32,000 nucleotides of DNA from Bifidobacterium longum subsp. longum JCM 1217 (GTDB lineage: Bacteria > Actinomycetota > Actinomycetes > Actinomycetales > Bifidobacteriaceae). The DNA is taken from positions 180,001-212,000 of the forward strand of contig NC_015067.1 in the NCBI RefSeq assembly GCF_000196555.1, read 5' to 3'. Under the pieces are notes generated by a model. The model was not told where the DNA came from, ran no database searches, and saw only the letters and a list, made by a program, of their open reading frames with translations. The translations under genes were made by a program, and so were the position numbers. Within the stretch, counting starts at the first letter, position 1, and each line of letters opens with the position of its first letter. Shown piece after piece: positions 1 to 8,068 of this stretch.

Positions 1-1
1 G

Positions 2-355
2 GTTCCGCAGCCGGCTGCCGGCGATGACCCGTGGAATCAACCGCAGGCAGTTCCACAATCGGCTCCGCAGGCCACCCCGCACGGTGACCCGTGGAATCAA
101 CCGCAACCCGCACAGCCGACCCCGAATGCCGACCCGTGGAATAGCCAGCCCCAGCCCCAGCCGAAACCACAACCGCAAGTCGCGGCCGAGGATGACGAAT
201 ACTCGATGAGCGACCAGTCGCTCGGCGAGGCGACGGCCATGAATCTCGACGATCTGAAAAAGCTATTCGAGGTCAAAAAAGTCGAGCAATTCGCGGCAGA
301 TGATCCGAAGAACCCCAAGAACATCCAGCCTGCCAAGAAGCACTCGGATGAATAA
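2..355 (+). CDS. dnaX: DNA polymerase III subunit gamma/tau, C-terminal end (5' partial, continues upstream of window)
   Basis: Frame 2 is open from the window edge to TAA at 353-355. It is absent from the ORF track because no start codon lies in the window. The product has a Pro/Gln-rich linker with three DPWN repeats, then the tail ...MNLDDLKKLFEVKKVEQFAADDPKNPKN.... It lies 25 nt upstream of recR, the usual dnaX-recR arrangement. Identity is inferred from context and composition only. Confidence 0.5.
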   Translation, partial: VPQPAAGDDPWNQPQAVPQSAPQATPHGDPWNQPQPAQPTPNADPWNSQPQPQPKPQPQVAAEDDEYSMSDQSLGEATAMNLDDLKKLFEVKKVEQFAADDPKNPKNIQPAKKHSDE

Positions 356-380
356 TGAGGACGAATAACGAGGAATACCC

Positions 381-983
381 ATGGCACTTGCTTATGACGG
401 CGCAATACAACGACTGATCGACGCTTTCGGGCGGCTGCCCGGCATCGGGCCGAAGGGCGCGCAGCGTATCGCCTTCTACATGCTGTCCGCGCCCGAAGAT
501 GAAGCGCGCGATTTGGCCGAGGCCATCGAAGAGGTCAAGGCCAAGATCCGCTTCTGTGATATTTGCGGCAACGTGTGCGAATCCAGCCCCTGCCCGGTAT
601 GCGCCGACCCGAGACGCGACCGTTCGGTGATCTGCGTGGTCGAAGAGCCCAAGGATGTGATGAGCATCGAGCGCACGCGCGAATACCACGGCCTATACCA
701 TGTGCTCGGCGGCGCAATCAACCCAATGGCCAACGTTGGCCCTGCCGACCTGCGTATTCCCGGTCTGCTCAAACGCTTAGAAGGCGATGAGGTCAAGGAA
801 GTGATTATGGCGCTCGACCCGAATATTGAAGGCGAGGCCACCACCAGCTACTTGACCCAGCTATTGCGACCCGTAGGTGTCAAGGTCACCCGACTTGCCA
901 GCGGCCTGCCGGTGGGCTCCGACTTGGAGTATGCCGACGAAATCACGCTGGGCAGGGCACTGGCCGGTCGGCGCGAGGCCTAA
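381..983 (+). CDS. recR: recombination protein RecR
   Basis: 200 aa. ATG 381 is preceded by ACGAGGAA. The protein has an N-terminal HhH ([15 protein letters not shown]), a C4 zinc finger ([16 protein letters not shown]) and a Toprim-like segment (VVEEPKDV...[12 protein letters not shown]). Confidence 0.95.
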   Translation: MALAYDGAIQRLIDAFGRLPGIGPKGAQRIAFYMLSAPEDEARDLAEAIEEVKAKIRFCDICGNVCESSPCPVCADPRRDRSVICVVEEPKDVMSIERTREYHGLYHVLGGAINPMANVGPADLRIPGLLKRLEGDEVKEVIMALDPNIEGEATTSYLTQLLRPVGVKVTRLASGLPVGSDLEYADEITLGRALAGRREA

Positions 984-2113
984 GCCAGCGTATCATTGGC
1001 GCTTTCGCCCTTGCGGCGCATCCACGGCCAGAATGCGCCGTGGCGGATGATGCGCGCGGCCTTGTGGCGTCGTGCCAACCAGATAATGAACAGTCCTGCC
1101 GCCAGTATGCCTAGACCAACACCAAGGGCGATATTGCGCGCGTCAAGCACGTCATTCGGCTCGGGGGCCGGCATCGGAATCGCCACGCGGTGCCCGGAGA
1201 TAAGCAGTCGGTGCGTGTTCACGCCGTATGGCGTACAGGTCATCAAAGTGACGCGATCCTCACCCGGCACGATCTTGAGCTTCGACGTGTCATCCGGCAA
1301 AATCACCGAAATGCGGTCCACTTTGTAGCCCAAAGTTTCGCCCATGACTTCGATGTAGAAGAAGTCGCCCTCTTTCACCTCGTCCAAACGGGTGAACATC
1401 AGCGCTTCAACCAACCCGCGGTGCCCGGTAATGACCGAATGGGTGGATTTACCTCCCACCGGCAGCGACGTGCCGTACAAGTGGCCGGCACCAGAAGCCA
1501 GTGCTTCCTCGGAAGTGCCGTGATAAAACGGCAGATTGATGGACTGCTTGGGCACCTTGATTGTGCCCATCACGCCGTTGCCGGTATTAAGCAGTGACTG
1601 GTATTCCTTGTCTTTCTTTGAGGCGGAATCCTCGCCGCTGGCTTGGGATCCTCCTTGAGCGGCGGCGAACGGATCGACGGCTTCACCCAAGATAGGCTGG
1701 CCGGATTCAGCGAGCTTCTTGTTGTATGCGCGGGCCGCCGTGAGCTTGTCTTCCGCCTGCGGGTAAGGCCAGCCAGCTACTTCTTTGGCCGTGGTGGCTG
1801 TGGTGGCGGCCAAGTTGCGGTCGGACTCGAATTGCAACGCTAGCGGGAAGCAGGCCACGGCGATTGCGGCGATCAGCAGCACAATGGTGATGATGCGCAT
1901 CGCCCACAGGTTGCGTTGCAGGCGTCGGCGCTCGGCCACGAGATCGCTGATATCGATGACTTCGTCAAATGGTGTTGGAACGAATGCTGCGGGCTCGGGC
2001 CGCGCTGAGGAAACGTTGTCATTTGCAGATGCGTCATCCGGCATGGCCGCGTTGTTTTCCCACATTTTCTGTGAGGCACGCTTACTCGTCGAACGTCGAT
2101 GCAGCAATGCCAT
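980..2113 (-). CDS. sortase, class C-like (membrane-anchored transpeptidase)
   Basis: 377 aa. ATG at 2113 has GAAGGA upstream. Catalytic triad context: HSVITGHRG (His), [16 protein letters not shown] (Cys, Arg). A DPF 'lid'-like motif (AVDPFAAAQ) is present. There is an N-terminal TM ([20 protein letters not shown]) and a C-terminal TM ([20 protein letters not shown]) followed by a basic tail. Confidence 0.85.
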   Translation of the reverse strand: MALLHRRSTSKRASQKMWENNAAMPDDASANDNVSSARPEPAAFVPTPFDEVIDISDLVAERRRLQRNLWAMRIITIVLLIAAIAVACFPLALQFESDRNLAATTATTAKEVAGWPYPQAEDKLTAARAYNKKLAESGQPILGEAVDPFAAAQGGSQASGEDSASKKDKEYQSLLNTGNGVMGTIKVPKQSINLPFYHGTSEEALASGAGHLYGTSLPVGGKSTHSVITGHRGLVEALMFTRLDEVKEGDFFYIEVMGETLGYKVDRISVILPDDTSKLKIVPGEDRVTLMTCTPYGVNTHRLLISGHRVAIPMPAPEPNDVLDARNIALGVGLGILAAGLFIIWLARRHKAARIIRHGAFWPWMRRKGESANDTLA

Positions 2114-2381
2114 AGTCGCCTGTTCCTTCGCTTGATCTGCTCATGATTTGCTTATACAAGACGGCCGGGTCCGTCTTAGTCGTGCATGGCATAGGTGCTG
2201 TCGCAAATGGCAACACCGCACGCGCCACACTGCGAAACGTTACTCCGCACCAAGCCTTTCATGCAACATGCCGACGGGGCCATATAGGGGCAATGTAGGG
2301 GGCATAAGAAGTCTGAAAATGCGATACGAACAACGTTGCTACGGCTGTCAGTGATGCGGCTTACTTCGGACAAGCCGTTGA

Positions 2382-2420
2382 GATGCAAGGGGATGCAAAG
2401 GATTGCAAAGTATGGCAACA
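2382..2420. repeat. four phased ~10-bp units (GATGCAAGG / GGATGCAAAG / GATTGCAAAG / TATGGCAACA)
   Basis: Read directly: agatgcaagg ggatgcaaag gattgcaaag tatggcaaca. The T/GGCAA core recurs once per helical turn, inside the ORF-poor spacer upstream of the sortase gene. Confidence 0.5.
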
Positions 2421-2868
2421 TGATAAGTCGCAGCGTCGGCGATATTTGGCAGAGCTTTCAAATAGGGGGGGTATGAATGCATAAAGAGGGAATATGTTAC
2501 CTCGATAAAAGAGGCGCTATTGCTGTTTTCGTGGATGTCGGTTCGTCGTCGAGCCGTTGGTTTCGTAGGCGTGAGGGGCGTTCCCGCGTATTCTGTTTTC
2601 CGACCAAAGAAATGAATCACGAAGAACGCCTGAGCAAAAGCTCATTCGCCGGATTGCCGAACGTCAAAGGCGCGGTTGCAGAGGATGCGCGGATCGCGGA
2701 TTCGCCGCTGCGTTCCGAATTGGCTAGTGTGATCAGAGAAAAGATGGCACTGTCTGGGCATCTCTCTTTTTAGGTCAAGGAAAAGGGTCTGGCGATAGGC
2801 GGTGATGACGCCCATCGTGTTGGTGGCACTGTTGCTGCAAAAAGGAAAAGTCTAGTTCGTAATCTAGT

Positions 2869-2960
2869 GTCCAACTTCCCTAATAGGAATGGTCCAACTT
2901 CCACAACGAAAATAGTCCAACTTCCACAATTAGAATGGTCCAACTTCCGCAATAGAGTGA
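2869..2960 (+). repeat. 4 x 23-bp tandem direct repeat (iteron/operator-like array) upstream of the AAA+ ATPase gene
   Basis: The units start at 2869, 2892, 2915 and 2938, an exact 23-bp period. They read GTCCAACTTCCctaataggaatg, GTCCAACTTCCacaacgaaaata, GTCCAACTTCCacaattagaatg and GTCCAACTTCCgcaatagagtga. The 11-nt core is invariant and the tail is semi-conserved (CAAt.GAAtg). The array ends 40 nt before ATG 3001. Confidence 0.9.
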
Positions 2961-3000
2961 TTTATAGGTTGATGTTTCGACGGTTTGCGGGAGGGCACAT

Positions 3001-4284
3001 ATGGCAGTGGAGAGCTCGGAGATTCAACGTGGCGAGTACCTTCCTCGAGTGGCTGATGGGTTGCTGACTCAGGCATTGCAGTCTTCTGGTGCCGTTCAGA
3101 TTAAAGGTCCAAAATGGTGTGGCAAGACTGCAACGGCAGAAAGGCAGTCGGCGAGTCAGGTCTTCATGCAGGACCCGGATCGCAGTGCTACGCTGTTGGC
3201 CTTGGCTGATACAAAGCCTTCTCTCATCCTGCGAGGTGAGGAGCCGAGACTCATTGATGAATGGCAGATGGCCCCGCAATTGTGGGACGCGGTGCGTTTC
3301 GCCATCGATCGAGGGCGCGGTCGTGGCCGATTCATCCTAACTGGATCGGCGACTCCTCAACAGGAACCAGCTCATTCCGGAGTGGGAAGAATTGCCCGAT
3401 TAACCATGCGTACCATGTCCTTATTTGAATCGCAGGAATCGACGGGCGTTGTTTCGTTGGGAGAGTTGTTCGATGGCAACCATGATGTTTCGGGTTTCTC
3501 CGATTTCGATATTGAAAACACCGCGTTTGCGCTATGCCGCGGTGGCTGGCCTGAAGCAGTAGTCGAATCTCGAGTAAATGTTGCCTTGCGCATGGCCGCG
3601 GATTATGTCGAAGAACTACTTGATTCTGACATCAATCGTATGGATGGTATAAAGCGCAATAAAACTTGGATGCGTCTGATTATGCGCTCGTATGCGCGCA
3701 ATATTTCTTCTCAGGCGTCGCAATCCACTATCGCGGCGGATATGCAGGGTGAACCGCCTTCGGAAGGTACACTCTCCGATTATTTAGATGCATTGTCGCG
3801 AGCTTGCGTAACTGAAGATCTTCCAGCTTGGAACCCTCGTTTACGTTCTAAGACTGCAGTGAGAACGAGCCCAACCAGACACTTCAGCGACCCGTCGATA
3901 GCTTGTGCGGTACTGCACGCGACCCCGGAGAAACTCCTTAATGATTTCGAGACCTTTGGCTTGCTGTTTGAGTCCATGTGTATTCGCGATCTGCGTGTGT
4001 ATGCTGATGCGCTTGGCGGAGATGTGTTCCATTATCGGGATAAGACGGGATTGGAATCTGATGCGGTCATTGGCCTGCATGATGGACGATGGGCTCTCAT
4101 TGAGGTCAAGCTCGGAGAAAAGCAGGTTGATATTGCGGCGGCCCATTTGAAAAAGTTGGCTGACAGAATTGATCAAGATCACGAAGGCCGTCCGTCATTC
4201 TTGATGGTGCTGACCGCTACGGCTGCCGCTTATCGCCGGGATGATGGGGTATTGGTAGTGCCGTTGGCCACGCTTGCTCCGTGA
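3001..4284 (+). CDS. AAA+ ATPase with C-terminal PD-(D/E)xK-like domain (AAA_14/DUF4143-type, COG1373-like)
   Basis: 427 aa. ATG 3001 is preceded by GGGAGGG. Walker A is GPKWCGKTATAE, Walker B is PRLIDEWQ, and sensor-like FILTGSA follows. The C-terminus FHYRDKTGLESDAVIGLHDGRWALIEVKLGEK fits the E/D...(E)xK nuclease-fold pattern typical of DUF4143 proteins. Codons end in A/T far more often than in neighbouring genes. Confidence 0.8.
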   Translation: MAVESSEIQRGEYLPRVADGLLTQALQSSGAVQIKGPKWCGKTATAERQSASQVFMQDPDRSATLLALADTKPSLILRGEEPRLIDEWQMAPQLWDAVRFAIDRGRGRGRFILTGSATPQQEPAHSGVGRIARLTMRTMSLFESQESTGVVSLGELFDGNHDVSGFSDFDIENTAFALCRGGWPEAVVESRVNVALRMAADYVEELLDSDINRMDGIKRNKTWMRLIMRSYARNISSQASQSTIAADMQGEPPSEGTLSDYLDALSRACVTEDLPAWNPRLRSKTAVRTSPTRHFSDPSIACAVLHATPEKLLNDFETFGLLFESMCIRDLRVYADALGGDVFHYRDKTGLESDAVIGLHDGRWALIEVKLGEKQVDIAAAHLKKLADRIDQDHEGRPSFLMVLTATAAAYRRDDGVLVVPLATLAP

Positions 4285-4330
4285 GCTCGTATCGTGCGTT
4301 TGACCCATCGTTCCCAACACAAAAGGAAAA

Positions 4331-4353
4331 GGCCCGGGCTGCGGGACCGGGCC
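4331..4353. terminator. GC hairpin downstream of the ATPase gene
   Basis: GGCCCGG-gctgcggga-CCGGGCC, flanked by aaaaggaaaa on the 5' side and ttgaaaa on the 3' side. The U-tract on the + strand is weak. Confidence 0.45.
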
Positions 4354-4644
4354 TTGAAAAGGAGAGAGGAAGAAGAAGGTATTCAGTTATGGGGTCTGCG
4401 GAAACCTCGCCGGTTTGCTTTCGTTTGCCGGTAATTGATAGTTAACCGCTCGAATCTCAAAGGATGGATGCGGCTGCCTCAAAGAACCACCGGTGAAAAC
4501 TTGAATATTTGCTGAACAACGTAGGCCATGCCCGTGTCCACATGTCGGCGCGGGGTCGCGGGGTGAACGCGGCAACCTTTATAATCGTTGCGTTTGCGTA
4601 GAATATTGAGCAAACTCCCCCTAAGAGAAGAACAAAGGACAGCA

Positions 4645-5409
4645 GTGGCTCTCATCGTGCAGAAGTACGGCGGTTCGTCGGTCGCCGATACCGAATCGAT
4701 CAAACGTGTGGCCAAGCGCGTTGTTGAGACGGAAAAGAAGGGCAACAAGGTGGCCGTGGTGGTCTCCGCCATGGGCGACACCACCGATGACCTTATCGAT
4801 CAGGCGCTGAGCATCGACTCCAACCCGCCCGAGCGCGAGATGGACATGCTGATGACCGCAGGCGAGCGAATTTCCATGAGCCTGCTGGCCATGGCCATTC
4901 ACGCCGAAGGCAGCCGTGCCCACTCCTTCACCGGTCAGCAGGCCGGCTTCTTCACCGACGCCCGTTACGGCGCGGCCCACATCAAGGCCGTGAGACCGGA
5001 CCGCGTGAAGAACGCGCTCTCATTGGGAGACATCGCCATCGTTGCCGGCTTCCAGGGCATCAACGCCAAGGGTGACGCCACCACGCTCGGCCGCGGTGGT
5101 TCGGATACCTCCGCAGTGGCGCTTGCCGTGGCGCTCGGTGCCGATATCTGCGAGATCTACACTGACGTGGACGGCATCTTCACCGCCGACCCGCGTATCG
5201 TGCCTTCCGCCCGCCGCATTCCGTCCATCGATTACGAGTCCATTCTGGAGATGGCGTCCTGCGGCTCCAAGGTGCTGGCACTGCGCTGTGTGGAATACGC
5301 TCAGCGTTTCAACATGCCGCTGCACGTGCGTTCCTCGTTCTCCCGTCGCCCCGGCACATTGGTGGTGCCCGACGGCATTGACCCGCGTACGCTGCCGAAC
5401 CTCGACTGA
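4645..5409 (+). CDS. ask: aspartokinase, catalytic (amino-acid kinase) polypeptide without ACT domains
   Basis: The ORF-track ORF starts at TTG 4588, but the canonical aspartokinase N-terminus (V)[12 protein letters not shown] begins at GTG 4645 with AAAGGA 5 nt upstream. The kinase fold extends to ...[18 protein letters not shown], then stops (TGA 5407-5409) where single-chain enzymes continue into the ACT domains. Confidence 0.9.
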   Translation: MALIVQKYGGSSVADTESIKRVAKRVVETEKKGNKVAVVVSAMGDTTDDLIDQALSIDSNPPEREMDMLMTAGERISMSLLAMAIHAEGSRAHSFTGQQAGFFTDARYGAAHIKAVRPDRVKNALSLGDIAIVAGFQGINAKGDATTLGRGGSDTSAVALAVALGADICEIYTDVDGIFTADPRIVPSARRIPSIDYESILEMASCGSKVLALRCVEYAQRFNMPLHVRSSFSRRPGTLVVPDGIDPRTLPNLD

Positions 5410-5464
5410 GCGCGGCTACAGCGAACGATAATCGTAAGTAATTTCAAGCAAGACAAGGCAAGAC

Positions 5465-6031
5465 ATGACTGAAGAAGAAGCGAAATCCATGGGCGACCTG
5501 TTCCCTGACCTGGGCCCCGAGGCACCGGTGATTTCCGGCATTGCCCACGATCGTTCCGAGGCGCTGGCCACCGTGCGTGGCGTGCCGAACGAGCCGGGTA
5601 TGGCCGCCAAGGTGTTCACCGAGCTGGCCACCGCCGGCGTGAACGTGGACATGATCGTGCAGGCCGGCGCATCCGTCGGCACTGCGGACATCTCCTTCAC
5701 CGTGCCCGAATCGGCCGTCAAGCAGGTTCAGAACACACTGCTCGACAAGCAGGAAGTGCTGGGCTACCACTCCTTCGATGTGGACACCAACGTAGGCAAG
5801 GTGGCCGTGGTGGGCGTTGGCATGAAGACCCATGCCGGTCTGGCCGCCAAGTTCTTCCAGGCCCTGAGCGATGAGGGCATCAACGTGCTGATGATTTCTA
5901 CCTCCGAGATTCGTATCGCCGCGCTCGTGCCGCTCGATCAGCTCAACGACGCCGTCAAGGCGCTGCACACCGCATACGGTCTCGATGCCGATCAAATCGA
6001 AGCCGTGGTGTACGGCGGTACTGGCCGCTGA
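5465..6031 (+). CDS. ask: aspartokinase regulatory polypeptide (two ACT domains; beta-subunit equivalent)
   Basis: 188 aa, with AAGG 7 nt before ATG 5465. ACT1 is VISGIAHDRSEALATVRGVPNEPGMAAKVFTELATAGVNVDMIVQ. ACT2 is VGKVAVVGVGMKTHAGLAAKFFQALSDEGINVLMISTSEIRIAALV. The C-terminus ...VVYGGTGR matches the usual actinobacterial LysC ending. Confidence 0.9.
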   Translation: MTEEEAKSMGDLFPDLGPEAPVISGIAHDRSEALATVRGVPNEPGMAAKVFTELATAGVNVDMIVQAGASVGTADISFTVPESAVKQVQNTLLDKQEVLGYHSFDVDTNVGKVAVVGVGMKTHAGLAAKFFQALSDEGINVLMISTSEIRIAALVPLDQLNDAVKALHTAYGLDADQIEAVVYGGTGR

Positions 6032-6064
6032 GCCACTGAGCCGCGTTTTTGCGGTATATACGAC

Positions 6065-6090
6065 GAAAGCCCTCCTTGCGGAGGGCTTTC
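6065..6090. terminator. bidirectional hairpin terminator between the convergent ask regulatory gene and asd
   Basis: GAAAGCCCTCC-ttgc-GGAGGGCTTTC, a perfect 11-bp stem located between stop 6031 (+) and stop 6113 (-). Confidence 0.7.
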
Positions 6091-6112
6091 TCAGTTTCGG
6101 ACTCAGTTTTAA

Positions 6113-7207
6113 CTACTTCTTGGTGATGTAGCCGAGAGCCTTGAGCATTTCGGCGCATTCAAGGGCACCGCCGGCTGCACCACGCAGGGTGTTGTGGGCC
6201 AGACCCACGAACTTCCAATCGAAGATGGAATCCTCACGCAGACGGCCGATGGAAACGCCCATGCCACCCTCGTAGTCCACGTCGAGCTTGACCTGCGGGC
6301 GGTCATCCTCGGTGAGGTACTGGATGAAGTGCTTCGGTGCGTGCGGCAGCTCCAGCTCGGAAGCCTTGGACGTGTAGTTCACCAGACGGTCGATGAGCTC
6401 TTCCTTGGTGGCCTTCTTGCCGAAGTTCAGGAACACGGTGGCGGTGTGGCCGTTGAGCACGGGCACGCGGATGCACTGGGAAGTGATCTTGAGGTCGCCG
6501 TCGAACGGCACGATCTCGCCCTTGGCGGCGTCCACATGGCCGAACACCTTGAGCGGTTCCTTCTCAGACTTTGCTTCCTCACCGGAGATGAACGGGATGA
6601 TGTTGCCCACCATCTCGGGCCAGTCCTTGAAGGTCTTGCCCGCGCCGGAAATCGCCTGGTAGGTGCTCACAACCACCTCGCGCGGCTCGAATTCCTTCCA
6701 CGCGGCCAGCGCCGGCGTGTAGGCCTGAATCGAGCAGTTCGGCTTGACGGCGATAAAACCACGAGTGGTGCCCAGGCGCTTGCGCTGGTGCTCGATCACC
6801 TCGAAGTGCTCCGGGTTGATCTCCGGCACCACCATCGGCACGTCCGGGGTCCAGCGGTGGGCGCTGTTGTTGGAGACCACCGGGGTCTCGGTCTTGGCAT
6901 AACGCTCTTCAATGGCGCGAATCTGGTCCTTCGGCATGTTTACCGCAGAGAACATGAAATCAACACCAGAGGCCACGGACTCGGCATCGTCGCCATCGAC
7001 GACCACCATGTTCTTGACATATTCGGGCATCGGGGTTTCCATCTTCCAACGGTCGCCGACAGCCTCGGCATACGTCTTGCCGGCGCTGTGCGCGGAAGCG
7101 GCAAGCGTGACCACCTCGAACCACGGGTGATTCTCAAGCAGCGTGATAAAACGCTGACCGACCATACCGGTGGCACCAAGGATGCCGACCTTCAATTTTT
7201 CGGACAT
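6113..7207 (-). CDS. asd: aspartate-semialdehyde dehydrogenase (archaeal/eukaryote-like branch)
   Basis: 364 aa, ATG at 7207. The Rossmann N-terminus is KVGILGATGMVGQRFITLLENHPWFEV, the active-site Cys context is AVKPNCSIQ, and the C-terminus includes LRGAAGGALECAEML. Confidence 0.95.
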   Translation of the reverse strand: MSEKLKVGILGATGMVGQRFITLLENHPWFEVVTLAASAHSAGKTYAEAVGDRWKMETPMPEYVKNMVVVDGDDAESVASGVDFMFSAVNMPKDQIRAIEERYAKTETPVVSNNSAHRWTPDVPMVVPEINPEHFEVIEHQRKRLGTTRGFIAVKPNCSIQAYTPALAAWKEFEPREVVVSTYQAISGAGKTFKDWPEMVGNIIPFISGEEAKSEKEPLKVFGHVDAAKGEIVPFDGDLKITSQCIRVPVLNGHTATVFLNFGKKATKEELIDRLVNYTSKASELELPHAPKHFIQYLTEDDRPQVKLDVDYEGGMGVSIGRLREDSIFDWKFVGLAHNTLRGAAGGALECAEMLKALGYITKK

Positions 7208-7374
7208 GATGACCTCTATGACCTCTGGGTTTCGATGGATTACTTACGTCGGACGGCCGTCATGCGGGTGGCCGTAAAACAATGCAATTGTACGAAACAC
7301 GCGGAACAACGGCAGTGGTCTTCCCAGATGGTGGCTGCCCAATGAAGCGAAGGCGATGTTCTACACTGGTAGCC

Positions 7375-7995
7375 ATGTCTATCGCATCAGTAGAGGCCCA
7401 AAAACAGCTCGACCGTATCGTGGCTCTCGGCTACCCGGATGTGGCGGATATTTCCGCCGCCGCATTCCGCTCGCTGGCCCGACCTCTGATCGGGGCGCTC
7501 GAGCATTCCGATTTGGGATCGAACATCCTGCTGGTGCCCACGCGTGAACTGGTTTCGCCTGAGTCGCTGATTGCACGAACCTCCATCAATCGCATGGCAG
7601 GCTTCACCACCATGCCGCCGCGTGACATCGCCAGCTTCCTGCCTCAAGACGGCTTCATGCCGCCGGAAGGCCCGTTCTATCTGGTCGTCAATCCGCACAC
7701 CGGCACGTGCTATGTCAATCGCGAGCCGGATGTGGCCCGCAAACTTATTGACTCCGATGAGCGCCTGCCGCTCACCCTCGAGGAAGGCTTGGCCATCGCC
7801 ACCCAGCACCCGGAGTGGCTGCTGGAAAAGAACGGCTTCAATCTGCTCGGCTCACGCTCCGCAGACGGACGCGTGCCGAGCATCTGGATGAGCCAGAACG
7901 CACCGCGACTGGGAGCCGTCTGGCCCAATTCCCGCCATACTTGGCTGGGCAACGCGTATTGCACGGCCCGTCGCGGGGTGAGTCTGTTCCGTTAA
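7375..7995 (+). CDS. conserved hypothetical protein (no family recognised by eye)
   Basis: The open frame is 7282-7995. I place the start at ATG 7375 (MSIASVEAQKQL...); ATG 7342 and 7282 are alternatives. Third codon positions are GC-rich like the neighbouring genes. It is transcribed divergently from asd. Confidence 0.55.
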   Translation: MSIASVEAQKQLDRIVALGYPDVADISAAAFRSLARPLIGALEHSDLGSNILLVPTRELVSPESLIARTSINRMAGFTTMPPRDIASFLPQDGFMPPEGPFYLVVNPHTGTCYVNREPDVARKLIDSDERLPLTLEEGLAIATQHPEWLLEKNGFNLLGSRSADGRVPSIWMSQNAPRLGAVWPNSRHTWLGNAYCTARRGVSLFR

Positions 7996-8068
7996 AGCGA
8001 TTCTCCTCAAAAGACAAGGTCGGCAAGGTGGATGGCGACCGCCCGTTGTCGGCGCATGGGGAACCGTA

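Noticed and set aside
24-209. A 61-aa ORF (MTRGINRRQFHNRLRRPPRT...) at the window start.
   Set aside because: It is an off-frame reading of the repetitive dnaX tail. The frame-2 reading, which continues to TAA 353-355, gives a sensible Pro/Gln linker and a conserved-looking C-terminus.
2477-2773. A 98-aa ORF, and its internal 53-codon version starting at ATG 2612, in the ORF-poor spacer.
   Set aside because: The RBS is weak or absent, the first half reads as Arg/Ser/Cys/Phe-rich nonsense, and no motif is present. I mention it in a finding as a possible relic and do not call it as a gene.
2841-4331. The 11-bp direct repeat AAAAGGAAAAG at 2841 and 4321, flanking the 23-bp array plus ATPase gene, as a possible target-site duplication or att site.
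   Set aside because: In 32 kb, roughly a hundred chance 11-mer pairs are expected (n^2/2 divided by 4^11), and the motif is low-complexity purine. Without an empty-site comparison this is not evidence of insertion boundaries.
4354-4644. A lysine riboswitch, leader peptide or attenuator upstream of aspartokinase, including the 18-codon uORF at 4389-4445 (MGSAETSPVCFRLPVIDS).
   Set aside because: I recognised no L-box-like conserved cores. The uORF has no Lys/Thr codon run and no obvious alternative terminator/antiterminator pair. TATAAT (4580-4585) and TAGAAT (4599-4604) are possible -10 boxes, but neither has a convincing -35 at proper spacing, so I did not call a promoter.
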